The notes under the pieces: generated by a model
What the model was told of the DNA's origin: nothing
The model's input: only the letters and a program-made list of their open reading frames with translations
The model's database searches: none
Shown: piece after piece, positions 57,818-64,000 of the stretch
How positions within the stretch are numbered: position 1 is the stretch's first letter
How the letters are laid out: each line of letters starts with the position of its first letter
NCBI GenBank assembly: GCA_963663965.2
Contig: CAXXFK010000023.1
Span: 50,351-114,350, forward strand
Reading direction: 5' to 3'
DNA: 64,000 nt
From: Sedimentisphaerales bacterium
Lineage (GTDB): Bacteria; Planctomycetota; Phycisphaerae; Sedimentisphaerales; SM23-30
Translations under genes and position numbers: made by a program

Positions 57818-58417
57818 ATGAAAACCGCATTAATACTGGTAGATATCCAGAATGATTTTTTGCCCGGTGGTGCGTTAGCGGTACCCCGGGGTGATGAGGT
57901 TGTTCCAGTCGCCAACCGGATGATGAACGATTATGATCTTATCGTCGCCACCCAGGACTGGCATCCGGCGGACCACGGTTCGTTTGCCAGCCGGTATCCC
58001 GGGCGGCAGGTCGGCGAAGTTATTGAGCTGGCCGGCCTGAGCCAGGTGCTCTGGCCGGACCATTGTGTTCAGAATACGGCCGGCGCCGAACTGGCCGGCG
58101 GGCTGGACCAAGCAAAGATCGAACGGATTTTTGTCAAGGGCATCGACCCTGTGGTCGACAGTTACAGCGGCTTTTTTGACAATGGCCATCGCAACGCCAC
58201 CGGCCTGGGCGATTATCTCAAGGAAATGGGGGTAGACACTGTGGACATTGTGGGGCTGGCTACGGACTATTGTGTTAAGTTCACCGCGCTGGACGCGGTA
58301 CAGGTGGGATTTCAAACCACGGTTTTGCTGGAAGGATGCCGGGGGGTTGAACTCAATCCGGGGGATATTGATAAGGCGGTTGAAGACATGAAGGCCGCTG
58401 GAATCAATTGTGTATAA
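57818..58417 (+). CDS. pncA: Nicotinamidase/pyrazinamidase
   Basis: VDIQNDF, TQDWHP, WPDHCV, DSYSGF, GLATDYCV. Confidence 0.96.
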   Translation: MKTALILVDIQNDFLPGGALAVPRGDEVVPVANRMMNDYDLIVATQDWHPADHGSFASRYPGRQVGEVIELAGLSQVLWPDHCVQNTAGAELAGGLDQAKIERIFVKGIDPVVDSYSGFFDNGHRNATGLGDYLKEMGVDTVDIVGLATDYCVKFTALDAVQVGFQTTVLLEGCRGVELNPGDIDKAVEDMKAAGINCV

Positions 58418-58441
58418 AAACCTTTTTTTAGGAAATGGAAA

Positions 58442-59389
58442 ATGATGAAAAAGGAAACCAGAATTAAAGGCGGGCTTTTTGGACTGGTTGTTGGCGACGC
58501 ACTGGGCGTTCCGGTTGAATTTGTCGCTCGTCATCGTCTAAAAGAAAAACCCGTTACCGACATGCTCGGCCATGGGACTCACAACCAGCCGGCGGGGACC
58601 TGGTCGGATGACAGCAGTATGGCATTGATTACCCTGGAGTCATTGCTGGATGGGTATTCGCTGGAAAAAATGATGCTGGGCTTTAACCGCTGGCTGTCTA
58701 TGGCCTATATGACGCCCCACGATGTTGTGTTTGATGTCGGCAATACCACTCGTCATGCCATATATGATTATCGCCCCGGTAAAGCGCCGTTGGAATGCGG
58801 CCTGAATGACCCATATTCCAATGGCAACGGCTCACTCATGCGGATATTGCCCTTAAGCATTTATCTTGCCGAACAAACGCCCAACAACATTATTCTACGC
58901 AGTGGAGAGGTTAGCAGCCTGACCCATGCCCATATCCGCTCTCGTCTATGCTGTGGTTATTATTCCCTGCTGATTAGTCAGTTGCTGAACGGGCAATCGT
59001 GGAATGAGGCGATCCAATTTGCCAATCAAACCATCAGTAAATGGATTCCGCCCGAAGAAGAAGGCCATTTTAAACGCGTATTAACGACCGAGATTTTACA
59101 TGCTAAGGAAAAAGACATCAAAAGCACCGGCTATGTTATTGATACCCTGGAAGCGGCTCTCTGGTGTTGTCATACGACAGATTCATGGTCACAAGCTGTT
59201 CTTAAGGCGGTTAACCTGGGTGGCGATACTGACACGATAGGCGCCGTTACCGGTGGACTGGCCGGTATTATTTATGGGTACGATAATATTCCACAACGCT
59301 GGATCTATAAGCTGGCGCGCTTGGAGATGATTTCAAGCTTGATTGAAAAATTTATCAAAAAAGTGAGTTGTCAAGGAGCAGAATCATGA
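58442..59389 (+). CDS. ADP-ribosylglycohydrolase (DraG/ARH family)
   Basis: GDALGVP, WSDDS, GNGSLMR, AVNLGGDTDT. Confidence 0.95.
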   Translation: MMKKETRIKGGLFGLVVGDALGVPVEFVARHRLKEKPVTDMLGHGTHNQPAGTWSDDSSMALITLESLLDGYSLEKMMLGFNRWLSMAYMTPHDVVFDVGNTTRHAIYDYRPGKAPLECGLNDPYSNGNGSLMRILPLSIYLAEQTPNNIILRSGEVSSLTHAHIRSRLCCGYYSLLISQLLNGQSWNEAIQFANQTISKWIPPEEEGHFKRVLTTEILHAKEKDIKSTGYVIDTLEAALWCCHTTDSWSQAVLKAVNLGGDTDTIGAVTGGLAGIIYGYDNIPQRWIYKLARLEMISSLIEKFIKKVSCQGAES

Positions 59390-59453
59390 TTGGATTTACT
59401 GGGGATACTGCACTAGATGCATTACCACGACAATTGACGCTGGAGTTGTAACC

Positions 59454-59996
59454 ATGAAAAAAGATGATGAAACCATCCAATGGCAAGGGCGCTATCTCGA
59501 TGTTCTTCGGCGCGGCGACTGGGAATTTGTCCGGCGCAAGAACCTGACCGGGATTGTAGGGATTATCGCGGTTACCGATGAGCATAAGCTGGTTCTGGTC
59601 GAGCAATATCGGCCGCCGCTGGATCGGCGGGTTATCGAACTGCCGGCCGGGATTGCCGGGGATATCCCCGGTGAAGAATCAGAGCCGATGGTGCATGCCG
59701 CCCGGCGTGAACTGCTGGAAGAAACCGGCTATCGGGTCGGGCAGATGGATCCGGTCGCCGAGGGCGTCACTTCGGCGGGTCTGACGGATGAGAGTATTCA
59801 TTTGTTTTACGCATCCAAGCTAACCAAAGTCGCGCCGGGTGGCGGCGATGATAACGAAGAGATTGTCGTGCATGAAGTACCGCTACCGGACTTGCACGAG
59901 TGGCTAGTCCAACAGCGGAGACAGGGATTGGCAATCGATATTAAAGTGTATGTTGCTTTGGGTTTGATTGAGGATAAAAACTCATGGACATTTTAA
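59454..59996 (+). CDS. Nudix hydrolase, ADP-ribose pyrophosphatase-like
   Basis: LVEQYRPP, ELPAG, AARRELLEETG, EEIVV. Confidence 0.9.
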   Translation: MKKDDETIQWQGRYLDVLRRGDWEFVRRKNLTGIVGIIAVTDEHKLVLVEQYRPPLDRRVIELPAGIAGDIPGEESEPMVHAARRELLEETGYRVGQMDPVAEGVTSAGLTDESIHLFYASKLTKVAPGGGDDNEEIVVHEVPLPDLHEWLVQQRRQGLAIDIKVYVALGLIEDKNSWTF

Positions 59997-60886
59997 CCCA
60001 CACATTAAGCGGAATCATTATCGCAACGCCATTCGTTGTTGATAAACCAATATCGGCCGTGTGTTTTGTTGCCGGCTGTGTAATTCCTGATCTTGATTCG
60101 CTAACCCGAATATTTGGAAAATCGGCATTTATGCGATATCATCAAACAATAACCCACTCTTTGTTTACTATTTTGATGATTTCAATTTTGAGTTACTTCG
60201 CCTTAAATTTTTTATCCGCCGATGAACCTATTGCAGGATTATTCCTTGGTCTCGGTATGTTATTTCATGTCGGCCTGGATTATTCAAACACGTACGGCGT
60301 GGCAATATTTTCACCGTTTATCTGGTCCCGCCATAATTTAAACTGGATTTTTTTTATAGATACAGGATTTATGACGGCAACTTTACTGTTTTTTGTAATG
60401 GTACTTTGGTCTGTCTATCACCAGATTACATCGCTTTCTTTAATATCAATATCATACCTTCTGATAATTGTAAGCTACTGGGGCATTAGAAGATTATTGT
60501 TCTATCGAGCATTGGGTTTCAGCTTGCCAGATACAAAATCGATCATGCCAAGCGCGTTATTATTATTCAGGTATTATGGATACGCACGCACGAATGATCA
60601 TGTCATTGTGTATACTATTAATGCATTAAGTGGCAATATTTCTGATAAGGCTACCTTTGAAATCTATGATGAAGATTTTGACACATGGCTACGCAAGAGC
60701 CAGAACTATATCATTATGAAGAAACACTCGAAAGGATACCACGTTGTCAAGGCTATCAGACAGAATGGAAACTATAAATTGACCTGCCGGGATCTATGCA
60801 CAAGAAATTTTGGTGGAAAATTTGGAACATTGGAATTGATTTATGATAATGATGGAAAATTGCTTACGGAGACATTTAATGTTTAA
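59984..60886 (+). CDS. Membrane-bound metal-dependent hydrolase (YdjM-like)
   Basis: MDILTH, PDLD, H.TITHS, HVGLD..NTYG; several TM segments. Confidence 0.82.
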   Translation: MDILTHTLSGIIIATPFVVDKPISAVCFVAGCVIPDLDSLTRIFGKSAFMRYHQTITHSLFTILMISILSYFALNFLSADEPIAGLFLGLGMLFHVGLDYSNTYGVAIFSPFIWSRHNLNWIFFIDTGFMTATLLFFVMVLWSVYHQITSLSLISISYLLIIVSYWGIRRLLFYRALGFSLPDTKSIMPSALLLFRYYGYARTNDHVIVYTINALSGNISDKATFEIYDEDFDTWLRKSQNYIIMKKHSKGYHVVKAIRQNGNYKLTCRDLCTRNFGGKFGTLELIYDNDGKLLTETFNV

Positions 60887-61286
60887 TATTAACCAACAAC
60901 CCGGGAATCAAACCTCTGTTCCCGGGTTTCGTTTTTCCATAACCGATGGCCTGGTGATTGTGTTGTGTCTGGTGGTCACCGGTATCGCCTGGGTGTCTAT
61001 CAAGGAATATGCTTTGGGATTCCCGATTGTGCTGAGCCATTTCTTTTTGTTTTGCAATGTCTTTCGCATCGGCCAGAACCGTGAATATTTATGGGCCGCG
61101 ATTTTTGTTGTGAATGTTGCGCTCTGGACGATTCTGGGTCGGTTTAACTGGTGGATTATTGTGGGCTGTCAAACACCGTTAACGTTGATACTCATTGTGC
61201 TGGCCATTGTCAGTAAGGATTATCATGGTATTGGCTATCAATGGAAAATCCGGGATAATCTGGAAAGGGTAGAAAATGGTTCATAA
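60879..61286 (+). CDS. Hypothetical membrane protein
   Basis: 4 hydrophobic segments, HFFLFCNVFR and YHGI motifs; GGAG RBS; overlaps both neighbours. Confidence 0.75.
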   Translation: MFNINQQPGNQTSVPGFRFSITDGLVIVLCLVVTGIAWVSIKEYALGFPIVLSHFFLFCNVFRIGQNREYLWAAIFVVNVALWTILGRFNWWIIVGCQTPLTLILIVLAIVSKDYHGIGYQWKIRDNLERVENGS

Positions 61287-61830
61287 AAACCAAGTCGTCA
61301 AAACGAGTAAGTTTCTGAGTTTTGTTTTGCGCCATCACCCGGACAGTATCGGCCTGATTCTGGATGAAGCCGGCTGGGCGGAGGTGGCTGAGTTATTGGA
61401 AAAGGCCCGGCGGGCCGGTAAGGCGCTGACCATGGAACTGTTGGAATATGTCGTCGCCCATAACGATAAAAAACGTTTTGAGTTTAACGCGGACCATAGC
61501 CGTATCCGGGCCAGCCAGGGGCATTCTATCGCAGTGGAGCTGGGCTATCGACCGGAAACGCCGCCGGAAACGCTATATCATGGAACCGCTTTGCGGTTTC
61601 TGGAATCCATCCGGCAACAGGGGCTTATCAAGGGCAACCGCCATCATGTGCACCTTTCGACGGACCGTCAGACCATGCTCGAGGTGGGCGCGCGACACGG
61701 CCAGCCGGTTTTGCTAACCATCAACGCCGGGAAAATGCACCGGGATGGTTTTGAATTTTATCTATCCACCAACCGGGTGTGGCTGGTGGATCATGTGCCG
61801 GTGGATTATATCGCGTTTCCAGAGGAATAA
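61276..61830 (+). CDS. kptA: NAD-dependent RNA 2'-phosphotransferase (Tpt1/KptA)
   Basis: SKFLSFVLRH, DKKRF, RASQGHS, LYHGT, RHHVHLS, VWL. Confidence 0.96.
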   Translation: MVHKNQVVKTSKFLSFVLRHHPDSIGLILDEAGWAEVAELLEKARRAGKALTMELLEYVVAHNDKKRFEFNADHSRIRASQGHSIAVELGYRPETPPETLYHGTALRFLESIRQQGLIKGNRHHVHLSTDRQTMLEVGARHGQPVLLTINAGKMHRDGFEFYLSTNRVWLVDHVPVDYIAFPEE

Positions 61831-61840
61831 CAAACGCTGG

Positions 61841-64000
61841 TCATTTGAGATGATCATCTAAAAATTTTGTCATCGTCTGGTACAAATGTAATTTAGTGTT
61901 CTCGCCTTCATAGATGCCGTGAGTGCGATTGGGATAGATCTGCTGGGTAAAGGGTTTGTCCAGTTCGATGAGTTTATTGACCAAAGTCGCGCAGCTCTGG
62001 TAATGGGTGTTGTCATCGCCGGTGCCGTAGCATAGCAGCAGGTCGCCCTGGAGATTGCCGGTATGGGATATGGGAGCGCCCTGAGTATAGCCGGATTCAT
62101 TTTCGGCGGGCAGACCCATATAACGCTCCTGATAGATGGTATCGTAAAAGCGCATATCCGCGACAAAGGCAACGGAGACGCCCACGCGATACAGTTCAGG
62201 ATATTGGAAGATGGCGTGGAGGGTCATACTGCCGCCCCCGCTCCAACCCCAGACGCCCACCCGCTTGGGATCGATCCAGTGGTTCTCATTAATAAACGCC
62301 CGGGTGGCCGCGGCCTGATCGGCCGGCGCCAGGATACCGACCTGGCGATAAATGCACTTGCGCCAATCGCGGCCGCGGGGCGCGGGCGTACCGCGATTAT
62401 CGATACTGGCGACCACATAGCCCTGCTGGGCCAGCATGCAATGCCAAAGGTAGTTGTTGCCCCCCCACCGGTCCATGACGGTCTGGCCGGCCGGCTCGCC
62501 ATAGACATGCATTAACAGCGGATAGCGCTGATCGGGATCAAAATCGGGAGGTTTGATACACCAGCCATCGAAGGTTACGCCCTCAACCTCAACCTGAAAA
62601 AACTGATGGCGGCAGCGATCCAGCGCTTTGAGGGTCTGGCGCAGTTGGGCATTGTTTGCCATGGTTTCAACGGGCTGGTGGTCCGGCAATGAAATCAGTT
62701 TGGTTACGGGTGGACGCCCGAAGGCGCTTCGGGTATGGAATGCCCAGCGAAAATCCGTGGATATCTGATAATCGTTAACGCCCTTCTGTTTTGGGGGGGT
62801 GATGCGCAAGGGCGAGCCGCCTGACAGGGAAATACTATACAGATAGCGCTGGGCGGGGTTGTCTGGCGACGCGATAAAATAGACCTGTTCGTTAGCGGCA
62901 TCAACACCCACGATTGAGACCACATCGTAATCGCCGGGGGTGAGCAGGCGAGTCTGCCCGGATGGTACGGTCACCACATAGATATGGCTCCAGCCATCGC
63001 GCTCGCTGAGTGTCAGAAAGCTATCGTTACCTGTCAACCAGACCGGTTCGGGGCCTGCTTCCACCCAGGCGGCATCGGTATCGGTATAAAATGGCTGGAG
63101 ACTTTTGATCTCCGCCAGATATTGATAACGCGTATCGACAGAAGACAGAAAATAACGATTGGTATTCTGCAAACGATTCAGCTGCTGAACGATCAACTCC
63201 GCGGAATCCGGCCGCCATTGCAGCGAAGCGATATAGTGTTGGCGCGGGTCGCCCGGCAGGTCAAGAAAGCTGGACTGTCCGGATCGGGCCGCGACGATAC
63301 CAACGCGCACGGCTGAGTTGGTCCGGCCGGCCTTGGGATAGGGGAATTGGGTTAGTTTGGGATAGAGGTCATCGGTATAATTTACCAGCGTGAAATTTTC
63401 TACGCCACGGATATCAAATTGCCAGTAGGCTATGTAACAGCCATCCGGACTCCAGCGAAAACCATCCCGGATGCCCAGCTCTTCTTCATTAACCCAGTCG
63501 CCGGTCCCATTGATTATCGTTTCGGAGCCATCATGAGTCAGCTGGTGAATACGACGGGTATCCAGATCCTGAACATAGAGATTGTTGGCGTAGACGTAGG
63601 CCACCCGGCCACTGTCGGGCGAGAGTTTCGCGAACATTAAACTGGATTCGGGCCAATCGCCGCCCAGCTGAAACAGGTTCTTGCGTTCAAGATCATAAAT
63701 CCAGTAATCGCCGCGGGTATTCTGGCGCCAGACCCGTTTAGTGTTGGTAAAGATTAAGAGCTTCCGGCCGTCGTCCGAAAAAGTATATCCGGCAATGGCC
63801 AGCGGTTCGGATTGGCCCTCGGGGACCAACTCCTCCGCTTTCACGATGGTTTCGGAGGCTTCTGTGCCCGGTGTGCGGCGGACTAAGTCCTTGCCGTCTT
63901 TGATATCGGGCGAATCAACCAGGGTATAATAAGCTGAACCCGTTTCAGACCAGCGGGCCGGTCCCCAGCTTTCGGTTTTAAAGTCATCGGATTGAAAGAT
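61841..64000 (-). CDS. S9B dipeptidyl peptidase IV-like protein (5' end outside window)
   Basis: Frame open to base 64000; DWVNEEE, YPKAG, GWSGGG nucleophile, YQERYMG, GTGDDN, HGI. Confidence 0.95.
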   Translation of the reverse strand: MFQSDDFKTESWGPARWSETGSAYYTLVDSPDIKDGKDLVRRTPGTEASETIVKAEELVPEGQSEPLAIAGYTFSDDGRKLLIFTNTKRVWRQNTRGDYWIYDLERKNLFQLGGDWPESSLMFAKLSPDSGRVAYVYANNLYVQDLDTRRIHQLTHDGSETIINGTGDWVNEEELGIRDGFRWSPDGCYIAYWQFDIRGVENFTLVNYTDDLYPKLTQFPYPKAGRTNSAVRVGIVAARSGQSSFLDLPGDPRQHYIASLQWRPDSAELIVQQLNRLQNTNRYFLSSVDTRYQYLAEIKSLQPFYTDTDAAWVEAGPEPVWLTGNDSFLTLSERDGWSHIYVVTVPSGQTRLLTPGDYDVVSIVGVDAANEQVYFIASPDNPAQRYLYSISLSGGSPLRITPPKQKGVNDYQISTDFRWAFHTRSAFGRPPVTKLISLPDHQPVETMANNAQLRQTLKALDRCRHQFFQVEVEGVTFDGWCIKPPDFDPDQRYPLLMHVYGEPAGQTVMDRWGGNNYLWHCMLAQQGYVVASIDNRGTPAPRGRDWRKCIYRQVGILAPADQAAATRAFINENHWIDPKRVGVWGWSGGGSMTLHAIFQYPELYRVGVSVAFVADMRFYDTIYQERYMGLPAENESGYTQGAPISHTGNLQGDLLLCYGTGDDNTHYQSCATLVNKLIELDKPFTQQIYPNRTHGIYEGENTKLHLYQTMTKFLDDHLK

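Overview
Bacterial chromosomal window, most consistent with Planctomycetota/Phycisphaerae. This is an inference from the gene families present: HzsA-like protein, prepilin/DUF1559-type protein, ECF sigma-FecR pairs, and many secreted LamG proteins with dockerin-like tails. Order of contents: trpB (partial)-trpA; a 3-module beta-helix secreted protein; an SSS transporter/GDPD cluster; an accessory island (~10.6-18.9 kb); cstA; a rhombosortase with an adjacent VIT/vWA substrate; MATE; three ECF sigma/anti-sigma cassettes, two of them followed by secreted LamG/sulfatase/FAD-oxidoreductase genes; a GtaA-like protein; an NrtR-regulated NAD-salvage/ADP-ribose operon ending in Tpt1/KptA; and a partial S9 peptidase. 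The island holds the best leads. (1) An IS110/IS1111-type element whose downstream non-coding end carries readable target and donor guide matches (bridge/seek RNA) and whose circle junction would form a promoter. (2) A translationally coupled, frameshifted dGTPase plus nucleotidyltransferase pair, a candidate nucleotide-depletion defence system. (3) A ~288-bp multi-hairpin tandem array next to an uncharacterised 'NAQKSTGP' protein; a 13-bp motif from this locus recurs upstream of both sigma-FecR cassettes. No rRNA, tRNA or CRISPR array was recognised. All calls are by-eye motif recognition; no database searches were run.
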